A stretch of DNA of 64,000 nucleotides from a virus (IMGVR_UViG_3300046786_000128:1-64000), one strand, 5' to 3'; shown: positions 39,307 to 49,322, numbered from the stretch's first letter. Notes: generated by a model not told the origin, from the sequence alone. Translations and numbers: made by a program.

Positions 39307-40163
39307 CTAAAGGTATCTTAATATTTGCTCATAACAATCCTCAGATTGATTATGGATTAATGGCAATCATCTCTGGTGGCCTAGCAAAGAAAAAATTAAA
39401 TGTTCCTGTTAGTCTAGTTACGGATAAATGGACCATTGCTTGGTTAAAAGAATCAGATATGTTTTCTAAGGCTGAAACTATATTTGATAAAATTATTGAA
39501 GTTGAAAAGCCAGTTACAAAAAATTCTAGAAAACTACACGACGGATTTAACAGTCAAACTATTCCTTTTGAAAATTCTAATCGATACAGCGTTTGGGATT
39601 TAAGTCCCTACGATAAAACTTTAATGATAGACAGTGATTATCTAGTATTTTCAGATGCATTAAATGAATACTGGGATGTTGATGCTCCGGTAATGATGGG
39701 TCATTCTTTAAATGATATCACCGGAGAACGTGCAGGCATTCTTGATAATAGAGTTAGCGAAACCGGCATTCATATGTTTTGGGCAACAACAGTAATGTTC
39801 GATAAGAGCCCCGAAAGCCAATTCTTTTTTAAATTAGTTGATTTTATTAAAGACAATTATAGATATTATGCAGACTTGTTTAGATTTAGTCCTAAGCAAT
39901 TTAGAAATGATATTGCATTTAGTATTGCTAAACATATCATGAATGGTTTTGAAACAGAGTTTGTTTATACATTGCCACCAGTTTTTTCTATCTTCGATAA
40001 AGATATAATGTTAAATGTAGATGCAGAAAAATTAACATTCTTAATAGACAAACCTTTAGACTGCGGAAGTTTCTGGGCAGCAACTACTACCGGAGTTGAC
40101 GTTCACGTTATGAATAAACAAAGTATTATTAGGAATAAAGATAAGCTATTGGAGTTAATATGA
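39303..40163 (+). CDS. GT-A fold glycosyltransferase-like protein (GT8-like)
   Basis: KGILIFA N-terminal strand, PYDKTLMIDSDYL DxD motif, RNDIAFSIA. Confidence 0.7.
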   Translation: MTKGILIFAHNNPQIDYGLMAIISGGLAKKKLNVPVSLVTDKWTIAWLKESDMFSKAETIFDKIIEVEKPVTKNSRKLHDGFNSQTIPFENSNRYSVWDLSPYDKTLMIDSDYLVFSDALNEYWDVDAPVMMGHSLNDITGERAGILDNRVSETGIHMFWATTVMFDKSPESQFFFKLVDFIKDNYRYYADLFRFSPKQFRNDIAFSIAKHIMNGFETEFVYTLPPVFSIFDKDIMLNVDAEKLTFLIDKPLDCGSFWAATTTGVDVHVMNKQSIIRNKDKLLELI

Positions 40164-41002
40164 AATTTGGTTACCTAATAGTTGTATCAAAAAATGCAGA
40201 TGTTGATTATTTAAAATGTGCATATGCTGCTGCCTTGAGTATTAAAAATACACAGAAGCCTGGTTATGATCAAGTAGCACTTGTTATTGATGATCCATTT
40301 TCAGTTAAAGCACTAAAGAGTCCTTGGGTGTTTGATTATGTTATTGAATGGAAACAAGAGACACACTGGGATGGTCGTAGTTGGATGGACAAATTAAGTC
40401 CGTTTTCTGAAACTGTTTGCATTGATGCGGATATGTTATTCTTGAGAGATTACAGCCATTGGATTGATTATCTAGTAGAAAATAAAGATTTGTTTGTTGC
40501 TAACAAGGCACTTACATTTAGAGGTGAAGAAATCACTAGTGATTTTTATAGAAAGGCATTTACAAAAAATGCTATTCCTAACTTGTATTCGATGTTTACT
40601 TTCTTTAAAAAGAATACAGATATTGCAGATGAGTTTTTTACACTAGGCAGATATATTTTAAAAAATCCTACAGAATTTAAAAATTTATACATGACTGAAC
40701 ACAAGCCTAAAGTTGTAGGCACAGATGAAGCGTTTGGACTTGCTGCAAAAATTTTAGACATTCAAGATGAGATTGCGCATGAATTAGATTTTCCTAAGGT
40801 TGTTCATTTAAAACCAATGGTACAAAACTGGCCGTGGACTGCGGAAAAAGTAACAGAGCACGCCGGCTTCTATCTTAACAGAGATGGAAAACTAAAAATA
40901 GGAAATTATCAACAACATGATATTGTTCATTATGTTGAAAAAGATTTAATAACAGATGAAGTTGTCAGTCTATTAGAGGAGGTTGCATGGAACAAGAACT
41001 AA
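40160..41002 (+). CDS. GT-A fold glycosyltransferase-like protein (GT8-like)
   Basis: FGYLIVV, SPFSETVCIDADMLF DxD motif, GTDEAFGLA, late HLK and HY motifs; paralogous to the preceding gene. Confidence 0.7.
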   Translation: MKFGYLIVVSKNADVDYLKCAYAAALSIKNTQKPGYDQVALVIDDPFSVKALKSPWVFDYVIEWKQETHWDGRSWMDKLSPFSETVCIDADMLFLRDYSHWIDYLVENKDLFVANKALTFRGEEITSDFYRKAFTKNAIPNLYSMFTFFKKNTDIADEFFTLGRYILKNPTEFKNLYMTEHKPKVVGTDEAFGLAAKILDIQDEIAHELDFPKVVHLKPMVQNWPWTAEKVTEHAGFYLNRDGKLKIGNYQQHDIVHYVEKDLITDEVVSLLEEVAWNKN

Positions 41003-41574
41003 TGGATTTTGATAAATGGTTGGAATTACAACATTCAACCGAGGTAGAATATTTTGCAGTATATAACTCAGATGGCGTAATCACAAGCGTTGGACCGGGA
41101 CATGCTATACTTTCCGAAACTAAAATAAAAATCGACGATGATATTGCGTTGAATATTTTAGAAGGTAGAGAAAATGTATTTTCTTATCGTGTAGATATTC
41201 CTACTAAAACTTTGGTAAAACTGAATAGTTTTTCTATGCACACGTTAACTAAGATTGACGATGTGTTGCATAGAGTTGTAGACAGAAAATGGTCAAAAAT
41301 AACTGATCCTGATATTTCAATAACACACGATAGTAATAAATCTCAGTTAAAATTTTCAATGAATGAAAAATATAAAAAGTTAATTTGGGAAGGTGAAACC
41401 GAAATGAACTTTTTAATAACTGACTATAACGATCCTAATATTCTTTTGCAGATGATTACTTTTAAAGTTGGTGACATTGCTGGCGGAGATAAAATTTTTA
41501 CTGTAGATATCCGCAGTAAATTCAGTGTATATACAAGAAGAATTTTTGATCAATACGTAATTAATACTTTATGA
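40987..41574 (+). CDS. Hypothetical protein within the glycosyltransferase operon
   Basis: 195 aa ORF overlapping both neighbours; no motif recognised. Confidence 0.6.
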   Translation: MEQELMDFDKWLELQHSTEVEYFAVYNSDGVITSVGPGHAILSETKIKIDDDIALNILEGRENVFSYRVDIPTKTLVKLNSFSMHTLTKIDDVLHRVVDRKWSKITDPDISITHDSNKSQLKFSMNEKYKKLIWEGETEMNFLITDYNDPNILLQMITFKVGDIAGGDKIFTVDIRSKFSVYTRRIFDQYVINTL

Positions 41575-42449
41575 AAACAGTAGAATTTGATGTTGTCTTT
41601 TTAAGCTACGATGAGCCTAATGCAGATTTGCATTATGCAGATTTGTGTAATAAAGTGCCTTGGGCTAAACGTGTTCACGGAGTTAAAGGTAGCGATGCTG
41701 CACACAAAGCCGCCGCAGAATTAAGTGAAACTGAATGGTTAGTTACTGTAGATGCAGACAACATTGTTGATCCGAGATTCTTTAATTTAGATATTGATAC
41801 TACTGATCCTAAAATACAAGTCTATAGTTGGTTAGGAAGAAACAAACTTAATGGATTAATGTACGGCAATGGCGGATTAAAAATCTGGAAGAAAGACTTT
41901 ATCCTTAATATGAAAAGCCACGAAGCTAGTGATAGCGAACGTGCGCAGGTTGATTTCTGCTGGGAAGACGGATACGTGCAGTTCAAAGATTGTTACAGTG
42001 AAACAGTTATAACAGGTAGTCCTTTCCAGGCATGGCGAGCAGGATTTCGTGAAGGTGTTAAGATGACCTTAGACGATGGGGTAAAAGTTCCTGCACAAGA
42101 TCTCAAAGAACGTATCTGGTGGCATAATTTACATAGATTGCGCATGTGGAGTACTGTTGGCGCCCATGAAGACAACGGAATATATGCAGTACTTGGTGCC
42201 CGAATGGGAACCTGGATGACTAACTGTACAGATTGGAATTATGTAGACGTTAGAGATTTTGAAGTGTTAAAAACCATCTACGAAGAAAAAGTCAACCATA
42301 CATTTATAAACGAAGATATACAAGACTTAGGTACAAAATTAAATCAGCAGTTGGGGTTAAATTGGCCTTATTTTGATAATAAGCAAAGCAAATATATTTT
42401 AGATTTATATAACGAAACAATTAAACTTACAAATACCTATTTAAAATGA
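41571..42449 (+). CDS. Glycosyltransferase-like protein (GT-A, DxD)
   Basis: FLSYDEPNAD...RVHGVKG..AAH..AA...WLVTVDADN; YGNGGLKIW; AWRAGFREGVK. Confidence 0.6.
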   Translation: MKTVEFDVVFLSYDEPNADLHYADLCNKVPWAKRVHGVKGSDAAHKAAAELSETEWLVTVDADNIVDPRFFNLDIDTTDPKIQVYSWLGRNKLNGLMYGNGGLKIWKKDFILNMKSHEASDSERAQVDFCWEDGYVQFKDCYSETVITGSPFQAWRAGFREGVKMTLDDGVKVPAQDLKERIWWHNLHRLRMWSTVGAHEDNGIYAVLGARMGTWMTNCTDWNYVDVRDFEVLKTIYEEKVNHTFINEDIQDLGTKLNQQLGLNWPYFDNKQSKYILDLYNETIKLTNTYLK

Positions 42450-43546
42450 TATACGATATTTTTTATATTAGCGACGGTAGTATTGATAACGAAAAATGGA
42501 ATACGTTTCGTAGCAGATTTCCTTTAGCAAGAAAGCTAGAAAACGTAACTTCCTACGCTGCTGTTAAATCAAAAGCATTTACTAAATTTTTCTGGGTCGT
42601 TTGGGATGATTTAGAAATTGCAGATGATTTTAAATTTGAATATCGTATTCCCGAATGGGATGAACAATACATTCATGTTTTTAAAAATGGATCTCATCAT
42701 AACGGTGTTTGTTTGTTTTCTAAAGATGCAAATGTTTCTGATAGAGAATTTAAAAATAGATTCTTTGTTAATAAAAAAGAAATGGATGTCGTTGCCAGTA
42801 ACTATACTACAACGGAATATGATATTATTTTTATATCGTATCAAGAACCTAACGCTGACGAATTATACAAAAATTTAAAAGAAAGATTTCCTAGAGCAAA
42901 GCGTGTACACGGAGTTAAAGGAATTCATCAAGCTCACATCGAAGCAGCAAAATTATCAACAACTGATATGTTTTGGGTAGTAGACGGTGATGCTATAATT
43001 GAACCAACATTTAATTTTGAATTTAACGATGCTGAAAAGTTTACAGTATATATTTGGTCCAGTAAAAATCCAATTAATCTATTAAAATACGGTTATGGTG
43101 GAGTAAAATTATTGCCAAAGAAATTAACACTTTCTATGGATACAACTACCGCAGATATGACTACTTCGATTAGTACAAAACTACGAGTAATGAAACAAGT
43201 TAGTAACATTACGGCTTTTAATGTAGATGAGTTTAGTACATGGCGAAGTGCATTTAGAGAGTGTGTAAAATTATCGAGTAAAGTTATTGATAGAAATTAT
43301 GATCAAGAAACTGAAACTAGATTAAAGATTTGGTGTGCAGTCGGAAAAGAGAAACCATTTGGTGAATATTCGATCGGCGGAGCATTAGCAGGTTATAGAT
43401 ACGGTACATCTAACGTTGATAATAATGAAGCACTGGCAAAAATTAATGACTTTGATTGGTTGAAAACAGAATACGAAGCATGGCTACCTTTATTAGATGC
43501 CTATAGAAAGGCAAATGACCGATACAAAAAAGATGACAGCAAATAA
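42446..43546 (+). CDS. Glycosyltransferase-like protein with internal duplication
   Basis: Degenerate N-terminal copy (YDIFYIS...FFWVVWDD) plus a full copy (FISYQEPNAD...RVHGVKG..AH...MFWVVDGD; YGYGGVKLLP; WRSAFRECVK). Confidence 0.6.
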   Translation: MIYDIFYISDGSIDNEKWNTFRSRFPLARKLENVTSYAAVKSKAFTKFFWVVWDDLEIADDFKFEYRIPEWDEQYIHVFKNGSHHNGVCLFSKDANVSDREFKNRFFVNKKEMDVVASNYTTTEYDIIFISYQEPNADELYKNLKERFPRAKRVHGVKGIHQAHIEAAKLSTTDMFWVVDGDAIIEPTFNFEFNDAEKFTVYIWSSKNPINLLKYGYGGVKLLPKKLTLSMDTTTADMTTSISTKLRVMKQVSNITAFNVDEFSTWRSAFRECVKLSSKVIDRNYDQETETRLKIWCAVGKEKPFGEYSIGGALAGYRYGTSNVDNNEALAKINDFDWLKTEYEAWLPLLDAYRKANDRYKKDDSK

Positions 43547-44954
43547 TCAAAAAGGCGATGAGATAAAAGTTGTTGATGGTAAAATTCAATCAGTTTATCT
43601 GGATAGTGCTGAGCGTGTCCTAAAAGAGTTAAATGCTGTTAGTCCGAGTTTTTGTTTAGCAAAATGGTTTAATGTAAGCATTCATATCCCTACAGGGCAG
43701 ACACATAGTTGCTATCATCCAAGGAGTCATCATATTCCAATGGAGGAAGTGGTTATCGATGTTAGTGCATTGCATAATACCAAATACAAGAAAGAACAAC
43801 GCAAACTAATGTTAGAAGGACAGCGTCCGGAGGAATGTAGTTTTTGTTGGGAAATAGAAGACAGCGGAAATAACATCAGCGATCGAGCATATAGAAGTCA
43901 AGACGTTTATAATCCGTGGTTAATTGCAGAAGCAAAGCGATTAGGACATACAGGCAATGCTCGTCCTAGATATTTAGAAGTTAATTTTAATCAAGCCTGC
44001 AATTTTAAATGTACCTATTGTAGTCCGCATCTAAGCACAGCATGGCAACAAGATATTGAAAGAAACGGGCCTTTTAAATTAAGTACCAAGGAACATAACA
44101 ACATCACTTGGATGAAAAATTCAAACATGATGCCTAATAATAGTCCAGACAATCCGTATCTAATTGCGTTTTGGAAATGGTTCCCAACAGTGTATCATGC
44201 ACTAGAAACATTTCGAATGACTGGCGGTGAACCTCTAATGGATAAAAATACCTTTAAGGTATTTGATTATGTAAAAGAAAATCCTAAAGAAGATTTACAT
44301 TTAAGCATTACCAGCAACTGTTGTCCTCCTGGGGATCAATGGGCAAAATTTTTATCTAGTCTAAAAGAAATTACTGATGCAGATGCAATCGAACACTTCA
44401 TGTTATTTTGTAGTTTAGACAGTTGGGGCAAACATGCAGAATATATTCGTCCGGGGTTAGACTTTGACATTTTGTATAAGAATGTAACTGAATATCTAGC
44501 CACTAGCAGTAAACATAGTTTAACTTTTATTATTACATTTAACGCATTGAGCTATTCTAGATTTTTAGAGTACCTGCAAAATATTTTATTGTTAAGACAA
44601 ACTTATAATACTGACAGACAATTAATATGGTTTGATGTTCCTCAGCTAACAAGTCCTGCCTGGATGGATCCTAGATTAGCAATGCATCTAACTTATATTT
44701 TAGAAGATGCAATTAAATTCATGACTGAAAATCACGAAACAGCAGAAACTAGATTCAAAGGATTTAAAGACTTTGAAATCAGTAAAGTTCAACGATTGCT
44801 AGATTGGATTAAATCGACTCCTTTCAATAAAGAAATAGCCATGAAAGATTTTTATCTTTATTGGAAAGAACACGATAATCGCAGAGAAACAAATTTTGTA
44901 AATATGTTTCCGGAACTAGAAAATTTATATAACGAGAGTAAAAATGGATCATAG
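43497..44954 (+). CDS. Radical SAM protein with N-terminal Cys-rich (twitch/SPASM-like) domain
   Basis: CNFKCTYC triad, TGGEP; CLAKW...SCYHP...ECSFCW auxiliary Cys cluster; start codon uncertain (43497/43515/43533). Confidence 0.85.
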   Translation: MPIERQMTDTKKMTANNQKGDEIKVVDGKIQSVYLDSAERVLKELNAVSPSFCLAKWFNVSIHIPTGQTHSCYHPRSHHIPMEEVVIDVSALHNTKYKKEQRKLMLEGQRPEECSFCWEIEDSGNNISDRAYRSQDVYNPWLIAEAKRLGHTGNARPRYLEVNFNQACNFKCTYCSPHLSTAWQQDIERNGPFKLSTKEHNNITWMKNSNMMPNNSPDNPYLIAFWKWFPTVYHALETFRMTGGEPLMDKNTFKVFDYVKENPKEDLHLSITSNCCPPGDQWAKFLSSLKEITDADAIEHFMLFCSLDSWGKHAEYIRPGLDFDILYKNVTEYLATSSKHSLTFIITFNALSYSRFLEYLQNILLLRQTYNTDRQLIWFDVPQLTSPAWMDPRLAMHLTYILEDAIKFMTENHETAETRFKGFKDFEISKVQRLLDWIKSTPFNKEIAMKDFYLYWKEHDNRRETNFVNMFPELENLYNESKNGS

Positions 44955-46299
44955 AGTACAATTTGTTAAGAGTGTTAGAGATAGACTAAATGCAGTAAGC
45001 CCTAGTTACTGCACAATGAAATGGCTACATCAGACACTGTATTTGCATACAGGCGACAATCATAGTTGTTACCATCCACGTCCACATCACATTGGATTAG
45101 ATGAAATTGCAGCAGATCCTAGTGCATTACATAACACAAAGTGGAAGAAAGAGCAACGCAAAAAAATGCTTGAAGGCGAACGTCCTCAAGAATGTTACTA
45201 TTGCTGGAACATTGAAGACTTGCCAGGGGATCATATTAGTGATAGAATGATTCATAGCTCTAGTAATTTTTCAACTCCTCTAATTGAAAAGCTAGCAGAA
45301 TTACCTTGGGATGCTCCGATCAATCCAAAGTATTTAGAAGTTAGTTTTGGAAATGCTTGTAATTATAGATGTGGATACTGTTGCCCGCAAGCAAGTACTA
45401 TGTGGACTGAAGAAATCAAAAAACACGGTAATTATGATTTAACTTACAATCAGTATGGCATTGAGTTTATGAGCAATGGTACATACTATGGACCTAAGGA
45501 TGAGAATCCATACATTGAGGCATTTTGGAAATGGTGGCCTAGTTTAAAGAATGACTTAGATACCTTGCGTATAACTGGCGGCGAGCCCCTAATGAATCCA
45601 GGCGCTATGCAGTTTTTTGACTTGTTGGAGTCCGAGCCCAGCCCACATCTAGAAATCACATTAAATAGCAATCTAGGAGTTACGTTTGATCGTGTAGATA
45701 GAATGCTTGCTCGCATTCAAAGTTTATTAGATCAAAAGAAGATTCGTAAGTTTAGTTTTTTCACTAGCATTGATAGCTGGGGAGAACAAGCAGAATATAT
45801 GCGTACCGGATTAAAGTGCGACCATTGGGAACGTAATGTTAAGGCAGTTATTGCTACAGGTGCTACTGTAAATTTAATGTGTACGTTCAATGTTCTTTGT
45901 GTAACAAACTTCCAAAGTTTACTTCATAAAGTAATTGAATGGAGAAAAGAATTCGGTATGACTGCGGTATCGTTTGATACTCCGTACTTAAAAGAACCAC
46001 CGCATTGGATGATTAATATTCTAACAGATGATTTTATTCCTTACATGGATGACACATTGAAATTTATTCAAGATAATAAAGAATGGTTTACTGGTGTAGA
46101 ATATGAAAAGTTTTTACGTGTAACTAATTACATGAAAGAACATACTATTGATGAAAAGAAAATTCAACAAGGGCGCAGAGATTTCTACAGTTTCTTCACA
46201 GAAAATGATAAACGCCTCGGAACAGATTTATTAAAAACATTTCCGGAATACACTGACTTTTATAATCTGTGTAAAGAAGTATATGACAACTACAAATAA
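44944..46299 (+). CDS. Radical SAM protein, paralog of the preceding gene
   Basis: CNYRCGYC triad, TGGEP; CTMKW...SCYHP...ECYYCW. Confidence 0.85.
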   Translation: MDHRVQFVKSVRDRLNAVSPSYCTMKWLHQTLYLHTGDNHSCYHPRPHHIGLDEIAADPSALHNTKWKKEQRKKMLEGERPQECYYCWNIEDLPGDHISDRMIHSSSNFSTPLIEKLAELPWDAPINPKYLEVSFGNACNYRCGYCCPQASTMWTEEIKKHGNYDLTYNQYGIEFMSNGTYYGPKDENPYIEAFWKWWPSLKNDLDTLRITGGEPLMNPGAMQFFDLLESEPSPHLEITLNSNLGVTFDRVDRMLARIQSLLDQKKIRKFSFFTSIDSWGEQAEYMRTGLKCDHWERNVKAVIATGATVNLMCTFNVLCVTNFQSLLHKVIEWRKEFGMTAVSFDTPYLKEPPHWMINILTDDFIPYMDDTLKFIQDNKEWFTGVEYEKFLRVTNYMKEHTIDEKKIQQGRRDFYSFFTENDKRLGTDLLKTFPEYTDFYNLCKEVYDNYK

Positions 46300-47131
46300 G
46301 ATAATAATTTGCAGCGGAGACAGCTATACAGCCGGTGACGAATTGCACGGCGATTCTATCGTACCTGGGTATACCTCTAATTTATTTCCGTTAAAGCACG
46401 ATGATCAAGAGCTAAGGAGACAAGCACAAGTTCTTCGAGATAAAATTAAAAAAGCAGAATCGGAATTAGAAAAAAACGATTTTAATGAATATTGGACTCG
46501 AAGTAAAGAAAGAGCTTGGCCTGCCTATTTAGAAAAATTAACAGGAATCGAAGTTAGGAATGTTTCTTGGAGAGGAATTAGTAATCAAGAGATTGTACAT
46601 AGGGCAATAGAACAAGTCCATCGTCTTAAAGAAAAAGGTATTTCTCCTAGCAATATGACGGTGTTTATGATGCTTACATCTCCTAACAGATTCGGTGCTC
46701 CTCAGCACGACCCTAATTACGGTGGAGAATTTGAATTTCAATCCTTTATGCCAGGATTTGATTTTAAGCCTCCTAAAATAAAAGAGTTTTGTGAAAGAAT
46801 AGTTAAAGATTATGACGATTATGATTTGCTATGGTTTAGTTATTCAAATATAGTTGCAGCAAAACATTACTTAGAATTTTTAGGAGCCAAGGTATACATT
46901 TTAGATTGTTGCCTATGGGGATGGTTTTTAAGACAATATGCCAATGAGTCTAAACCAATTAGACATATTTCCTTATCTAAATCATTAAAGATAGATTGGG
47001 AAATGTCAGCAACTGCATTTAAATTTGAAAAGCAAGGAGCAGCAAATCTACCAGGTGGACATTATAATGAAGTTGTTCATCAGTATCTTGCAAACGAAAT
47101 TTATGAAGCCCTCTATAGAATACCTACTTAA
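46283..47131 (+). CDS. SGNH/GDSL hydrolase-like protein
   Basis: CSGDSYTAG block I, GISNQEI block II, C-terminal GGHYNEVVH. Confidence 0.6.
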   Translation: MTTTNKIIICSGDSYTAGDELHGDSIVPGYTSNLFPLKHDDQELRRQAQVLRDKIKKAESELEKNDFNEYWTRSKERAWPAYLEKLTGIEVRNVSWRGISNQEIVHRAIEQVHRLKEKGISPSNMTVFMMLTSPNRFGAPQHDPNYGGEFEFQSFMPGFDFKPPKIKEFCERIVKDYDDYDLLWFSYSNIVAAKHYLEFLGAKVYILDCCLWGWFLRQYANESKPIRHISLSKSLKIDWEMSATAFKFEKQGAANLPGGHYNEVVHQYLANEIYEALYRIPT

Positions 47132-47873
47132 CAGTCTAAATGGCACACAGAAGGATTTAGTTTCTCTATTCACCAAATTTAAATCTTCTGATGAAAATTT
47201 ATATCTAGGATTAGTAGATCCTGTTCATTTACATTTTACTAGAATAGAAAAATTATCTAAAGATATAGAAAATTATTTCAGTAAAGAATTTGATGTAGAA
47301 AACCATACAAAGCCGTATTCTTTTGATTTTAGAAACTTTGTTAAGCTATGTTGGTTAACGGATGTTTATCTAACTGAAGGAATAAGAAATCCTTTAGGTG
47401 TGCATTATAATCCTAGGATCGATAAAAATGTAATACATCCAGGAAGTATACGGGAATCGGTGTATAATCTTTTTCATACAGGACCGATTAATGTAATTTA
47501 TTTTAATACCAATGGAGTACAATTTCCTTGGATGGAAGAAATGCAGATAGTAGAGTTGTCAGAGATAGATTGTTATGTTTCTATTGTTCCGGATCACGGA
47601 AGTTTAATACCACATTTAAATTATGAGCCTCACTTAATAGAAGACAACGTTCCTGTATATCATAATCGTATTAGACAACGATTTTCAAAAGACTTTACAA
47701 TAAGATCAAATGTTAGTATTAACGCATTGCAGAGGTGGGAAACGTCTTTAACACCAACTGTTGAACTTACTTTTAAAGACAACTATGATATTAAAGACGT
47801 TGTGCGGGCTGTGATTTTAGTATCTCTAGGATATGAATATTCTTCGGATAACTTTAAAATTAAACACTTATAA
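47103..47873 (+). CDS. Hypothetical protein, weak ParB/Srx-like motif
   Basis: Likely start ATG 47103 (MKPSIEYLL), same frame as track ORF 47025; NPLGVHYN...VIHPGSIR. Confidence 0.45.
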   Translation: MKPSIEYLLNSLNGTQKDLVSLFTKFKSSDENLYLGLVDPVHLHFTRIEKLSKDIENYFSKEFDVENHTKPYSFDFRNFVKLCWLTDVYLTEGIRNPLGVHYNPRIDKNVIHPGSIRESVYNLFHTGPINVIYFNTNGVQFPWMEEMQIVELSEIDCYVSIVPDHGSLIPHLNYEPHLIEDNVPVYHNRIRQRFSKDFTIRSNVSINALQRWETSLTPTVELTFKDNYDIKDVVRAVILVSLGYEYSSDNFKIKHL

Positions 47874-48173
47874 GAGATTTTTTGTCTCGTTGCCTATGTC
47901 GCCTTTTAAGCGATCTACGTCAATTTTAAAATCTATCTTTTTAATTTCTTCTTTATATTCTTGAAATGTTTCGATTAGTTTATTTGCAACTATATCACTA
48001 TGACTGTGTGCTAGTTGCTCTTTAACATCGATTTCCCAAATCCTACCATTGCCAAATTCTAACCTAATCATTTCTAGGTAATGAACTGGCATGGTATTCA
48101 TATAAAGATCCTCAAAGACTTCAGGCCATTCTTGCACAAGGTGTTTAGGTGGTCTGAATAAAGGTTTAGGCAT
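47868..48173 (-). CDS. Hypothetical protein
   Basis: 101 aa ORF in the minus-strand block. Confidence 0.6.
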   Translation of the reverse strand: MPKPLFRPPKHLVQEWPEVFEDLYMNTMPVHYLEMIRLEFGNGRIWEIDVKEQLAHSHSDIVANKLIETFQEYKEEIKKIDFKIDVDRLKGDIGNETKNLL

Positions 48174-48816
48174 CTGATGTTTCTTCAGCCTTCTTTGTGG
48201 TTTTCTTTGTAGGAGGATCTAGTGCATCTGCTTCTTTACGTAATCTAGCTGCTTCTTTATACATTGAATCAGCTTGACTTCGATAGGATTTAGCAATGTC
48301 TTTATCCGACAATACTTCATTTGCTCCTGCCTTTAGTGGAGGTTCTTGTCTGCGAGGTTCGCCTACATCTCTACCTAAATCTTTTACTTCAACAACTTCT
48401 TGAATTGTTGCTTTCTTTGGAGCACCTGCTACAAATGTATACAAGTCATCAATTGCACAATTTTTTTGTTCTGCAATCAAAACATTTAATTGATGTAGAT
48501 CAATTTCAGTGCCTGGAGCAGGAGTCATAACAACTGCGTCAGTTGGTAATTTTAATAATGAGTTATCAGCAGTCAACGCCTGTAGCATAGGACGGCCATC
48601 CGGGAAAGTACGAGTAAACATAATTTCACCAAACTCGAAAGAATCTTGCGCTTGATCAATCTCGACTAACTTCATAATACTATCGTGATACGAGTCAGAT
48701 AATTGCGTAACTGGCAATACAAGACTCATATGTGATTCGCCTGGTAGTGTTCTAAAGACAACAAGAACCTTTGCTCCTGATGCTTTAATCTTACCGATGT
48801 GTTTAATAGATCGCAT
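48166..48816 (-). CDS. Hypothetical protein with charged C-terminal helix
   Basis: 216 aa; GGAGG RBS; overlaps the next gene. Confidence 0.65.
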   Translation of the reverse strand: MRSIKHIGKIKASGAKVLVVFRTLPGESHMSLVLPVTQLSDSYHDSIMKLVEIDQAQDSFEFGEIMFTRTFPDGRPMLQALTADNSLLKLPTDAVVMTPAPGTEIDLHQLNVLIAEQKNCAIDDLYTFVAGAPKKATIQEVVEVKDLGRDVGEPRRQEPPLKAGANEVLSDKDIAKSYRSQADSMYKEAARLRKEADALDPPTKKTTKKAEETSDA

Positions 48817-48818
48817 AA

Positions 48819-49037
48819 TTATGCCTCCTTTTTAGATACAGAATCTAGAAAGTTACTTAACTTGTTAAACACCTTTCCGACAGATTCTAATTCTGCTGCT
48901 TTAAATGCACCACGTTGAGTTGCTACTTCAATAATACTTTTTAGTGCTGCTAAATCTGTAAGGTTCAAATCTGGACCTTGTGGCTGTGCTGCCTGCGGTT
49001 GCTCAGTCGGTGCTTCTGTTTTGACTTCGTCTGTCAT
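48819..49037 (-). CDS. Small hypothetical protein
   Basis: 72 aa; AAGGAG RBS. Confidence 0.65.
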   Translation of the reverse strand: MTDEVKTEAPTEQPQAAQPQGPDLNLTDLAALKSIIEVATQRGAFKAAELESVGKVFNKLSNFLDSVSKKEA

Positions 49038-49309
49038 TATTTTCTCCTTAAATGTGGACAGGCTAACATAAAATATGTCAGCTCTTTATGATCTTCGAAT
49101 CCAACATACGACGATGATTTTACACGACCATCGGTACCAATGCTTGGAATTTTTTGGTAGTAAAATCTACCCTTGAGTTTGTTTCTAATCCAGTCCTCAA
49201 TAGAACTGTCTTGCCATTCATTGTCCGAGACTTTCATCTTAGAGAATTGAGGTGGCATAAAATCAACTTTACGTTGATTCAAAACGTCCAGAGCGTTAAG
49301 TTCTATCAT
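49037..49309 (-). CDS. Hypothetical protein
   Basis: 90 aa; TAATG coupling to the next gene. Confidence 0.6.
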   Translation of the reverse strand: MIELNALDVLNQRKVDFMPPQFSKMKVSDNEWQDSSIEDWIRNKLKGRFYYQKIPSIGTDGRVKSSSYVGFEDHKELTYFMLACPHLRRK

Positions 49310-49322
49310 AGTATGATATTTA
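49304..49322 (-). promoter_or_regulatory. TAAATA box overlapping an inverted repeat that covers the start codon
   Basis: Minus strand reads TAAATATCAT-ACT-ATGATA; TATCAT/ATGATA stem includes the ATG at 49309. Confidence 0.45.
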
